Shown here: positions 13,081 to 24,460 of the stretch, piece after piece
How positions within the stretch are numbered: the first letter of the stretch is position 1
Layout of the letters: each line of letters begins with the position of its first letter
NCBI RefSeq assembly: GCF_036321535.1
Contig: NC_087451.1
Location: 41,974,001-42,038,000 of the forward strand
Origin: Camelus dromedarius
Lineage: Eukaryota
Length of the DNA stretch: 64,000 nt
Direction of reading: 5' to 3'
Notes under the pieces: generated by a model
Databases searched by the model: none
The model's input: only the letters and a program-made list of their open reading frames with translations
What the model was told of the DNA's origin: nothing
Translations under genes and position numbers: made by a program

Positions 13081-14929
13081 AGAAAGATGAGTGAAGAACA
13101 ATGGACAAAGTACAAGGAACTACCCAGTTGCAAGGAGCTAATATGAAGTAAGGCTGGGGAGGATGGGGACAGGGACTGCAGTGGGAGTCCTGCCCCCAGC
13201 TCGGCCATTAGCGCACCCCGTGGGTGGCCTTGGTTGGTCCTTTCCCCTCCCCAGCCCTCAGTTTCCCTACCTGTGAAATGAAGCAGGCCGGCCCAATGGG
13301 TCTGCAGCAGCCTGAGCCTGGCCTCCTTCTGCTTTGTCCTCACCTGTGCAGCCCTGCAGCCTTTACTGGGTGCCTGTGACCCCCCTACTACGTGTCCATA
13401 GGAGCATAAAAGCAGTGGGATGGGCAGAAGCCCAGAGCTGCTGGGCTCTGAAGAGCCTGGAGCAGAAGAGGCCACCTCCCCGAGGCACCTTGCTTGGAGG
13501 ATCAAGCTGCAGGATCCCAGGAGGGCAGGTCCAAAGCCAAGGGAATAGCTGTCCAAGAAAGAAACTGCTGGAAGACCTTATCACCCATCAACCACGTGCA
13601 GGAGTTATCTCTTCACCAGGATGGTTTGGCCTTTCCTGATGACTGGGGCCTTCTGGTGAGTTCCCTGGGCCTACGTCCAGGTCTGGTCACCTACTCAGGA
13701 CTCCAGTTGAGGTGGGTTCCTGCTGCCTTTGACACACTCTCTTGGGCACAAATGAACATCACTGGATCCTTATGTCACCTGCCCCTCAATTCCTTGTTGC
13801 TGGCCTCTGCCCAGCTGCTCTTCCAACAGCATCACTAAGGAAGTATCAACCTTACCACTGAAATGCCCACATTGTAAATGCTCAATAAATCTCAATAAAT
13901 AAAGAGGGAGGACTTCCCTCCTGGACCATCACAGGGGCTTAAAATTCTCTTGAAGTATCAGGAGCTTTATCTCCAGAAGGTTAAACTAAAATACCCACCA
14001 CCTGCTACCAACACCAACCAATTTAGCACGTGGACTCAGTAATGCCCCAGCTCCAAAGAGCAAGAAAGACAAGCCCATGAAAGTGAGCAGTACAGAGTGG
14101 CAGCCACACCCACCACGCTGGTGCCAAAGCTGCATTCAAATCCTTGCTCTCTCTCCTACCAGCTCTGTGACCTTGGGTGTGTTACTTAACCTCTCTGCGG
14201 ATAATTTCCAAGAGTGCTGTGAAGATGAAACAATTCACTGCACGCACCGCATCGTGCCTCACGCTCTAGGAGGGCTTAATAGACATTAGTGACAGTTTTT
14301 TGGGGGGAGGCCTCCATTGCAGCACCCCACAGGTGCTCCACCATCACCTCCCCACCTCTAATTAAACCTTCTCTCCTTTCCCTCTCCCTTATAAAAACGA
14401 CCTTTCCAGTGCCTCATTCTTCAGCCTGGTTGGCTAAGCCTGTGATGTTGCAGTGTCTGACAATGCAACCCTGCCTTGTTTCAGGTCAGCTGGAAGGCCA
14501 GCACCGAGGGCACCCTGAGCCTGTGGATGTGTGTGTGGTGTGGCTGCCCACCCAGTGAAGACAGGACAAGTGGTAGCGCAGGGAGGTCTCTTGGACCAAC
14601 AAGGTGGAATCAGGGGCCAAAGAGATCACAACCCAAATCCCAGCTCTACTACATGCAAACTGGGGTGATTAATGCCTACTTCCCCGGCTAGCGAGCATCG
14701 AGGAGGGAATTCTTTCAAGAAGTGTTGTTGCCCACCCCAGCCCCGATTTTCTGTACATGGGCCGCTGCTGGCCTCTAGTGGCCACTGGATAAATTGCACA
14801 GCGAGTTGAGCTGAGAACAGAGGTGTGTGTTTTTCTCCACTTCTGAATTTTCCTGGTGCCGGGGTTCTCAGCCATGACAGGCGCATAACTCCCTTTTCAC
14901 AAAATATATTTTGTGTAATGATAGTAATT

Positions 14930-15450
14930 TTTAAAAACTTTAAGCACTTTATTGAGGTATTGACATACTATAAATGACATATTTATAGTGTAAGATTTGG
15001 TAGTTTTTGATACATGTTATATACCCAAGAAGCCATCATCACAACCAAAACAGTGAACATCTCCATCACCCCCAGAATTTCCTTGTGCTCCTTTCTAATT
15101 CCCCACTCCAAGCAAGTACTGAGCGGCTTTCAGTCATTGTAGGTTAGCTCACATTTTCTAGAGTTTTCTGTAAATGTAATACTACAGTGTGTACTCTTTT
15201 TTTGTTTTGGTCTGGCTCCTTTCNNNNNNNNNNNNNNNNNNNNNNNNNNNNNNNNNNNNNNNNNNNNNNNNNNNNNNNNNNNNNNNNNNNNNNNNNNNNN
15301 NNNNNNNNNNNNNNNNNNNNNNNNNNNNNNNNNNNNNNNNNNNNNNNNNNNNNTAAAAATTAATACAATGCCCTACAATCATATAAAAGAGAAACTGAAG
15401 GAAAGTAATACAATAGTAGGTAAGTTCCATGTGGATGCTCAGCCTTGATC
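14930..15450 (-). mobile_element. Old L1M 3' fragment, containing an N-run
   Basis: TTTATTGAGGTA...CCATCACC...CAGTGAACAT motifs typical of L1M 3' ends. Confidence 0.7.
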
Positions 15451-16829
15451 ACACTGGAACATATATTGATGGAGTCAGATGCTTGACCTATACACACAGT
15501 TATATGAACCCAGTTCTTTGTCAGAAACTTTGGTTTGGCTCCCATGGCCAGCAGTTGGCCATCCCATGCAGGAGGGTACAGTGCTGTGTGGATGATGCGT
15601 GGGGCCTGAGATTGAGCAGAGAAGGTGGACACAGGCAGGTTTTAACTCAGTGGAAAGATTCATTTCTCACAGGGCTGACCATCAGGGTGGCATGCTTCTT
15701 TCTGAGTTACGTGAATGGTGTGTTTGGACTGGACCACCATGGGATTTTAGACCACCATCCAGCCTATTAACGATCCAGATTCATTCACTAAGGTCCATAT
15801 TTAATTTTTCAAAGGCACGTTTGCATTCCTCTTATCTTACTTTCACAGCACAATCTAGGAGCTTCCATTGCACTTTCCTGAGCAGGGACATAGGCAGTCT
15901 TCCCTTCCCCAAGGTCTCAGGGCCAGCGGCAGGCGTTGGCACTTCCCAGTCCCACTGGGGCCTCTCTCAGGAGCCAGAATATGATTTTATGGAAGAAAGT
16001 GTTCAGCAATGCTTTGAAGGCAACAAGGCTTTAGAACCTTCTACTACAAACATAACCTTCAGTTGACAGCTTGTTAGGTTGATTTATAACTTGTAAATGT
16101 TTATATAGACAGATGATCTGTGGCCTCCATGTTTTCTTGCCCTAGGTTGCGACATCCAGAATTTATTCATGGGCCCCAGGTTGGGTTTTTAAGTTCCTTG
16201 ACTGAGTAGGAAGCCAACCAGGGCTCATGTCTGTCACGGTTGGGTGGGTGGAGGCTGGAGGGCCCCTCTGGTCCCCCTTTGAGTGATGCCATCAACCCCT
16301 CTAAGACTTTAAGCTGCAGGGAGATCCTCCCTTGGCCCACTTTCCAGCATGTTGACCTGGGCTATGGAAACCTCTCCTTCTGCCCAGGGCTCTAATTCTG
16401 CACAGATGAGGTTATTTGGGTCAGCTGAAGCATCTGTAGATTTTTGGTCACAAGAAGTACCTCATGAAGTGGCACCCCGAGAATGCCCTCTTCCCAGGGT
16501 TCTACCTCCACCCAAGTCCTGCTGGCTTCACATCCCAAGATGTAATGTGTTGCTGTCCTGCTGGGGAGGGCAGTCCAGAGATGGAGGGTACAGGGCAGCA
16601 CTGCCCACTTAGAAAGCTCTTCCTACTTCCTGTCAAACCCTATCAACCCGTTTCAAAGGGTGGGGTGAGGATCAGTAACAAAACTATCTCTTGCCTCCTT
16701 TTTGTTGCAGTTGGTGGAAGTATCTCACAGACTTCCTTGGTGACTTATGTTACTAGAATGTGTGGCCTTCATGGAGAGGTAACAGGTTGTCAGGTCACCA
16801 CTCCAAGGATGGTTAGCCCCATGCTGACT

Positions 16830-17230
16830 CTATTAGGCAGGTCTCTTTGGTTGCAAGTGACAGAAACCCAACTCTAATGTGTTTACACAGGAAGGGACCT
16901 TTATAGAATCACAAGGTTGCAGTAAGGACCAGAGTGTGTTTAGGTTGCAGAAAGAGTGAACCCTGGGACTGGAATTCTGTCTGGATGCTGCTCCCTCTTC
17001 AAGGAGGCTTGGTCTCTCAGATGGGCTGTATCCACAGGATTCCAAACCGTCGGCCTCTGGCCCTACACCCAAGGCTTCCTGTAAGAATCTGAGCTGCTCT
17101 GCTTAATTTCAAGTCAAGATATACTGGTTGCGGCCAGGGCATACCCTGTCACATGGAGAGCAGGGCCCTGTGACTGACAGCCCCACTAAAACCCCATGGG
17201 GGAAGGAGTTGCCTCACAGATAGTCCTGTT
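16830..17230. mobile_element. MLT1-type LTR fragment
   Basis: GGTTGCAAGTGACAGAAACCCAACTC motif. Confidence 0.6.
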
Positions 17231-17403
17231 CTCAGAAGGGAATGGAGGGGCAGACAGATCAGCCAGCACTCTCTACCCTGTCCCACCCGGTGGTCTGCCT
17301 CACAGTGTCAGCAATCCCCCCAGGCCCATCTGCCACTTCTGCCTGAAGGTAGGGTAGACCTCAAGGCTGAGCCAGTTTGCATGGTTAAGTCCAGAGTATT
17401 TCC

Positions 17404-17526
17404 TGGGGAGAGGGTTTAGCTCAAGTGCATGCTTAGCATGCACAAGGTCCTGGGTTCAATCCCCAGCACCTCCATCGAAAAACTAAACCTAATTACCTCT
17501 TCCCTGCAATAATTAAAAAAAAAAGA
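17404..17526 (+). mobile_element. tRNA-derived SINE (camelid Vic-1 type)
   Basis: tRNA-like head GGTTCAATCCCCAG, A-tail, 13-bp TSD CCAGAGTATTTCC (17391-17403, 17527-17539). Confidence 0.9.
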
Positions 17527-17529
17527 CCA

Positions 17530-17777
17530 GAGTATTTCCAGGAGAGTGATGACATCACAGAACTGGGGTTCCAGAAGGTGGGGGTGGCCCAGCACTCCTG
17601 CCAACTGTAGACAATGGAGAGCAGAGAGCGGGGGAGCGGGGCAGGGCTAAAGGGTAGTCCCTGAGGAAGAAGAGGCTCCTACAGGAACGCCTTTGTTCTG
17701 CAGATTCTCACTGAAAGCCCTGGGCTGACTGGGACCTGGGGCCACTGGGGCCAGAGAAGGATAGGAGAGAGGTAAGC
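17530..17777 (+). promoter_or_regulatory. Candidate LYZL6 promoter and non-coding first exon
   Basis: CRE-like TGACATCA at 17550-17557; donor GAG|gtaagc at 17772; pyrimidine-rich acceptor attcctcag at 18719 opening the ATG-containing exon. Confidence 0.4.
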
Positions 17778-17944
17778 TTGGAGAGGGAAGGTGGGTGGGT
17801 GTGCACCTGCCAGAACCACTGTCTTCCCTAAGAGAACCCTAAGAAGGGACTTCACGGGCAGAGATGGGGCTCCCTGCTTTCCGAGGCTCAGTGATAACCT
17901 GTTTCTGAAGGAACCTACTGAGTCAGGGCAGAATATGGTTGCAC

Positions 17945-18040
17945 AGGGCATGTTTATACTGTAAAAGTATTTGTTGTTTGTCTGAAATTCTAATGTAACT
18001 GGACACCCTGTAATTTTATTTGCTAAATCTGGCAACTCTA
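17945..18040 (-). mobile_element. MER3-like hAT DNA transposon fragment
   Basis: Reverse of TAGAGTTGCCAGATTTAGCAAATAAAA...CCAGTTACATT. Confidence 0.7.
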
Positions 18041-18228
18041 GGGTGGGAAAGAGAAGCAAAAGAATGATCACAAGCACAGGCCACTATGGAGTGAGTCTTA
18101 GAAAACAGAATGAAACATCCCTGAGGAAACAGGGCATCAGGGCAGCCATTTGGTCCAAGCAGAAGCTGCCATGACTCATGAAGCCGGTGGGTGGAGGAAC
18201 CCTCAGGGTCTAGTTTAAGGGGAAAGAT

Positions 18229-18285
<57 letters not shown>

Positions 18286-18295
18286 GACATACACA
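18229..18295. repeat. (CA)n microsatellite upstream of the LYZL6 coding exon
   Basis: About 30 CA units with few interruptions. Confidence 0.95.
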
Positions 18296-18812
18296 GAAAA
18301 TGTTCTAAAACTGACTGTGGTGCTAGTTGCACAGTTCTGTGAAAATGATTGAATTGTACACTTTAATTGAATTAATCTGACACACACACAGAGTGAAAGT
18401 GAGGGTTATTTCTACAACTAGAAAATTCTTACTTGCTTTATGATATGCACTTCTGAGTGGAAAAAAAGAACAGAACCTATAACCAGCCCCCATGAGCTGC
18501 ACAAGGCAGGGCATCCCCTTAGGGAGAGTCACGTGTCACGTGGGGTGTGGGGTTGGGAGGGTCATGACACTATTCTTTCTCCTTTTGTAAATGTTTGTGA
18601 TTTTCTGCAATAAAAGAGTATTTATAAAATAATAACATGAGAGGAAAGAGGCTGAAAACAGCCGGGTGGAAAGCTGTGAGTGAGCGAGGACATTTGGCTG
18701 CTCTCTCCATATTCCTCAGGCCCTCGGAGCAAACCAGCAGGCAGTCTGGGAGACCCTGGGACCCGCCGGCCCGCCACCACACGCCCTCCACTGCGCCTCC
18801 TCCCCGCCGGGG

Positions 18813-21800
18813 ATGCCCGGCCTGCTGCTCGTCTCCTTGGCCAGCTGCCTGCTGGCCATAAAGCAGGCCAGCCCCATCAGCCGTTGTGACTTGGCCAAGG
18901 TGCTGCATGAGGAGGACTTGGATGGGTTTGAGGGCTACTCCCTGAGTGACTGTGAGTGCCATCCCTCCCACCCCCACCCCCACCGCGCCTCCTCTCCCGG
19001 TCATGCCCTACGTGGCCAGCTGTCTTTTTCTGTCACTTGTTTTCCCAAGTCAAGTTCAAAAAACAGCCCTCTCCAAGAAGCCTTCCCCAGCATTGCGTAT
19101 TTGTTCAATGATTATTAAGTGAGCACTTAGTGTGTCCCAGGAACTCTTTCAGACACTGGGGGTATAGATATCAGCACAGCCCCTTCCCTCACAGTGTTCA
19201 CATTCTAGGGGGAGAGAGAGCAATAAACAGAAACATACAAATATATGAAGGACTTCCTGGTGGTGATAAATGCTATGCAGAAGAATAAAGCAGGAGGAGT
19301 GATAGGTGACAATGTTCTAGAAGAAGAAGTCAAGGAAGGCCTCTCTGAGGAGGTGACACAGCAGTGCTGAATAGAGTAAAGGACCTGGTCCCCCAAACAT
19401 CTGGGGGAAGAGTATTCCAGACAGAGGAAACAGCCAGTGTAAAGGCTTTATCCTACTCCAAGGTAGAGAAATCTCCCTTCTGCCCAGAATTTGTGCACAT
19501 CTCTCTCACAGCACTCTCTCCTTTCATCTTGCTTTGTGGGTTTTTTAGGCACAAAGCTTCATTCTTATCCTATAGGTGCCTTGAAGGCAGCACCTCCATT
19601 TGATCCAGCTCAATGTCCCTCCCTGGGCTTTGCACAGTTTCTGGCACACAGTAGGTGGTCATTAAGGGCAGAAAGCACGGATGGACAGGTGGACGGATGG
19701 GCAGTTGTGCTGATGGGTGGGTGATGGACTGAAGGATGAGAGGAGAAGCTAATGGGTGTTTGTAGCCCGCAAGCCCCATCTAGCCTCTAAGGACTTGCTC
19801 CTTTCTTCCGGTTCCTCATCTCCCTTCCTCCTGCATCTCCCTTCCCCCTCAGCTTAGCCCCCTCTAAAAACCCTCTTCTCCCTGTTCTAAGGGCTGTGCC
19901 TGGCTTTCGCGGAAAGTGCCTTCAACATAACAAAGGTAGATGAAAATACCGATGGCAGCTTTGACTACGGCATCTTCCAGATCAACAGTCACTACTGGTG
20001 CAACGATTACCAGAGTCACACGGAAAACATTTGCCACGTGGACTGTCAAGGTCTGGCGGGGGCCTCAGGGTGGGAGAGGTGAGAGAGGTGACCAGGTTCT
20101 ATGTACAGGACTTCCCTTCCTACGCACAACCTGGGAGTGGCCCCTGTTGGGGTGGCTCAAGGAATCAGTGAATCCCTTTACTGAGCAGAGGGTTTGACTT
20201 GTGTCCCTAATCGCACATCCGTAGGAGTTGCCATGGTGTTCCGCAGGCTCCAGATAGGCTTGCACAGCCAGCAGCGGTAGAGCAGCAGCAGCAGCAGCCA
20301 GCATTTATTGAGAGTGGATTATGTCCTCAGCACTTTACATGCATAGCTCATCTCATCCAACCTGCCATGCAGTATGATCCCCACTTTACAGACGAGCAAA
20401 CTGAGGCTCACAGAACCAGTGCCAAATGGCAAACTGGTAGCCCTGAAAGCTCAACTCTCACCACCAAGCAGTACTGTCTTTGGCTAACAGTCTAACCAAA
20501 GGCCAAGTGCAAACTCCCCACTCAGAGCTGATCCAGGAGGCTCCATGGTCCATGACTCTGTCCCTTATCTCCTCCTTTGTTCACCTCAAGAGCCTCCCTC
20601 CTTAAGCATGACTTTACCGTGGTCCCTGTGCTTTCCCTAGAAACCTCCAAACCTAGGGGTGAACCACCATCTACTCTGGCTAGGAAGTATGGTAACAAAC
20701 CAGCCCAAATCTCAGGCTTCCTGTCCCTCCTGCCCCCACCCGCAGCCACCCCCCAACCTCCAGCAGCCATTGTATGGATGCCCCAGTGGGCCTCAAGGAG
20801 GGAGGCCCGCCCCATCTGGAAGTACTCAGCCTCCGGGTGGCACATACCTGTGCGGGGAGAGCCAGTGACAGCTTCAGTCTTTGGGACTGTCCCCTGTGCT
20901 CTCACCAGTACTCTCCCTCTTCCTTTCAGAACTGCTGAGCCCCAACCTTCTCTCAATCATCAACTGTGCTAAAAAGATTGTGTCCGGAGCAGGGGGCATG
21001 AAGAACTGGTGAGGAGGACTCTGTGGGACTAAGCTAGTGGGCAGGGTCTTAAGAAAGATGTGCTGACAGAGAAAGGGACACTAGGCCAGGCCTAGATGTC
21101 TTCTACAGTCTAGAAAGATGTGGGCTAGTGGCAGGGCTTGGAACGCCAGGTTCTGGCTCTTCCTCTGATTCTGTGTTAAACCAAACTCTTTTGGCTGCAG
21201 TAACAGAACCGCCTGCGCTAACTGAAGGAGTTTGTTCTGAGAGGACAAGGGGTCTTACTGAGCCCACACAAGGGGTGAGGTTGGGCCTCAGGAAGAGGAC
21301 AGAAGCAGGGCTGGAAACCATCAGCAAGCTTTCCTTGGCAGGTTTCTGCTTCTCTTGCTGTATTTGCTTTACGACTTCCTCTGCAGACCAGCTTTCTCTG
21401 CTCTGCCGTCCACAGGACAATGTCTTCCCTGAATCTATGGGCTAATGTCCCAAGCAACCACACAGAGCCTGGCTAGGCTCAGTCCCAGTCCCAGTGCTTG
21501 AGGTACAGAATCTGATGGGTTCAGCTCAGACCCCGTGTCCCCACTTGGCTCAATCAGCTGTAGGCCTGGGAGCAGTGAAGTAATAGAAACCTGGCTGCCA
21601 CAGGGCCCTCTCTCCATAACTGGCTGCAACATTTTCTAGGATAAGTGTGTTGTTCATCAGCTGGGCAGACACCCCAGCTGTCAGCTTACCAACAGTGGAC
21701 GTTGGGATGGTTACTTAACTTCTCTGACCTTCAAACTAGATACATAACTAATATCAATTGCCACTTCTATGGGAAACTGAAAAAACGGAAGGAGTTAAGT

Positions 21801-22395
21801 GCCTTGCATTCTCTAAAAACACATGCAAAAGAAGGGGCATTGATGACTATTATGGAGAGAAAGTCAGTGGTTGCCCCTGGGATTTTTTTAAATTTATTAT
21901 TATTATTTTTAGTAACTCTTAGCCCTGTAACACAGTGCTCTTCTCCTTCAGAGGGAGATAAGGATTTGAAAATGTGGAAGCAAAAAATAATTATAATAAT
22001 AAAATTTTAAAAGCCTGGGAGGGTAAGAGCTCAGTGGTACAGTGCATACTTAGCATGCAGGAGGTCCTGCATTCAATCCTCAGTACATCTATTAAAAAAA
22101 AAAAAAGAAATGTGGAAGCAAACTGAATGGGGGAAGAGGGCAAACAACACAGATAAGGGGATTGAAAGGAAGAATCAGAGGGGCCGAAGGAGGACAGATT
22201 AGACTGCTGGGAATGAAGGGGATGCTGGGGGTCGCTCTGCGTGGAAGCCTCACTAAGTTCCGGGTCACATGGGCGGGGAAGCAGCTGGTCAGGTGGAAGC
22301 AAGAACCAGGCTTTTCTCTCCTCAGGGTAAAATGGAGGCTGCACTGTGAGGGCCGGCCACTCTCCTACTGGATGACAGGATGCCACCTGGGATGA
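18813..22395 (+). CDS. LYZL6: Lysozyme-like protein 6 (sperm c-type lysozyme family), 148 aa; join(18813..18951,19892..20050,20930..21008,22326..22395)
   Basis: Four GT-AG exons of 139+159+79+70=447 nt translate without interruption: MPGLLLVSLASCLLAIKQASPISRCDLAKVLHEEDLDGFEGYSLSD/WLCLAFAESAFNITKVDENTDGSFDYGIFQINSHYWCNDYQSHTENICHVDCQ/ELLSPNLLSIINCAKKIVSGAGGMKN/WVKWRLHCEGRPLSYWMTGCHLG*. Signal peptide, lysozyme cysteine pattern and DYG(I)FQIN motif are present. Confidence 0.96.
19090..19450 (-). mobile_element. L2 fragment
   Basis: TTGTTCAATG...GAGCACTTAGTGTGTCCCAGG L2 3' end, reversed. Confidence 0.6.
21165..21620. mobile_element. MLT1-type LTR fragment in LYZL6 intron
   Basis: TTGGCTGCAGTAACAGAA motif and the usual downstream structure. 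Confidence 0.5.
22013..22107 (+). mobile_element. Vic-1-type SINE in LYZL6 last intron
   Basis: tRNA-like head and poly-A; flanking repeat AAATGTGGAAGCAAA. Confidence 0.85.
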
Positions 22396-22512
22396 GGCAG
22401 GGGACAGGCCTGTAGTGGAGTCACTCCAGAATTCCTCTCCTCACTTTGGAATTCTTCATTTCTTCTTCCTCTTGCCTCCACTTCCTGTTATTTTCTTCCT
22501 TTCCCATTTACA

Positions 22513-22518
22513 AATAAA
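22513..22518 (+). terminator. LYZL6 polyadenylation signal AATAAA
   Basis: AATAAA about 120 nt after the stop codon. Confidence 0.7.
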
Positions 22519-24149
22519 ACTGACCAGAGACCCAGAAATAAATGGGTTCTAGGACTTTGTCCTTGTTCCCATCCAGGCCCAGGCCCAGGCCCCTGGTTCC
22601 CTGATTGTCATTTGCAAACCAAGAAGACTGTAATGAAGAAGTTTCTATATTTTTGGAATTATTAAAGCATTCCATGTGCAAAGACTGTGTTAATTTATTC
22701 ATTATTAATTCCACATGTCTTTGAGTACCTAATAGAGTAGGAGTGTGCTAAGGACTAGAAGAGAAAGCATAACCATTGTTCATGAGGCATTCATACTCCA
22801 GCTGGGGAAGCAGAGACACACATGCATAATGCAGACAAGGAATAGATACATACAATGAATACAATGGTAATAAAATCTAGAATTACTGATTTGAAACAGT
22901 ATGAGGATCTAAGTAATTTCTCCAAAGCCAACTATTTTTGAAGTAAGAAAGCTCAGAAGTAGGTCACGGGTGGGGCTAAGGGTCTGGTATATTGAGGTGG
23001 AGAAGGTAGTGGAGGGGAGGGGAGAAACGGTGCCAGGTGCCAGTGATTTGGGGGTACTTTGGGACAATAGGCTAGAATCCAGATGATTAAAAGAGCTTCC
23101 CTGGATAGGATCTGCTTTGCTTGGAAGGTGCTGATGTGGAGTAAAACCTGCTTAAGGACACTGCAAAGACAGAAAAGGGACAGTTGGAGGAATGCCCTGC
23201 ACAGAGCCACCATCAGTCCTGTCTGACTAAACTGGGGTTTTATCTTGAGCCACTCATAACTCCTTCAGCTATAAAATGAGTGATTTGACTATTCAATGAT
23301 TCCCAGACTTTTGGATTTCACAGACCAGTAAAATCTCAAAGAAAAACATTAAGACTGTGAAAGATTTCCAACTTTTTATTTCAATGCCTAAGTATTAATC
23401 AAAACAACTATCCTTTATCAGTTTCTCTTCATAAGACAATTTTTAGCACCAAATTAAAGGAAAGTCATACTTGTGGGATAATACAAAGGAATAGATTTTG
23501 TCCCGTGGGGGAAAAAATTTAAACCTTGATTATATTGTCTTTTTCCCATTTTGATGAGAACTAGCAAAAACTTCATCACAGCCCAGCATGGGTCTGAAGA
23601 CCATTGTTTGGAAACCTCAAGGGACCTGTTCTATTTCCCCCACAAAATAGCTGACTTCTAGGATGCTTAGAACAGTCCTTCTCAGGCACCATGAGCTCCA
23701 ATGTTGGTGCCCTAATTGAACCAACTTTTCCCAAACTTATCTCTCCTTCTCACCTTGCCTCCCAACTTCCCACATCATCTGACCTCCACCAGCTCACATA
23801 CATAATTCACCAAAATCATGAAGGAAAGTCAGGAAATTCTTTTTAAGGATTTCATGTTACACTGTTGATGGCTTTAATGAGCTATATACCTTGATATTTA
23901 AAACTCATGCAAACACTCTTACGTCAAAGGATTTCATCTTTAGTGCTCACAGTCCACAAAGAGTTGGGAAGTTTAAAATTTTAAAGTTCCGTGAGTAGTT
24001 AGTGCTAACTACCTAGTACTCTAGTCTTCTGTGGGAGTTTGAAGATGAAGCCAGCCGCTATAAAGACATCTGCACCACTTGATCCTGTAAACTCAACCTT
24101 TGGACTCTACCCAAAAAATACACTTGAATAGAAACACTAAACTCCTAAG

Positions 24150-24460
24150 ACCTGGAGGCTGCGGCGCTGCGGGGGTGATGGAGGGGAACTAGAGGCCGAG
24201 ACCCGCCCAGAGTGGGAGGGGTGAAGGAGCCGTCAGAGCACCGCCCTCGCCCCACCCGCGCCGAGCTGGCCCCGCCCCCCTGGAAAAAAAAGCGCGGGCG
24301 CTCTGTGCGCAGGCTCAGTGCTGCTTGCGCCTGAGCTGCGCGTGCCCGGTGCCAATTAGTGGGATGGCAGAGATGGTACCTTTTGCGGTTCCCACCGAGA
24401 GCGACAAAACCTTGCTGGTGTGGGAGCTGAGCTCTGGACCCACCACCCAGGCCTTGCAAG
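24150..24460 (+). promoter_or_regulatory. RDM1 CpG-island promoter
   Basis: CpG-dense with GC boxes (CCGCCC), directly upstream of the ATG at 24364. Confidence 0.75.

Noticed and set aside
17404-17470. tRNA-like sequences in several places
   Set aside because: All are SINE heads with A-tails or TSDs, not tRNA genes.
20262-20300. (AGC)n tract in LYZL6 intron
   Set aside because: Short intronic microsatellite, not coding.
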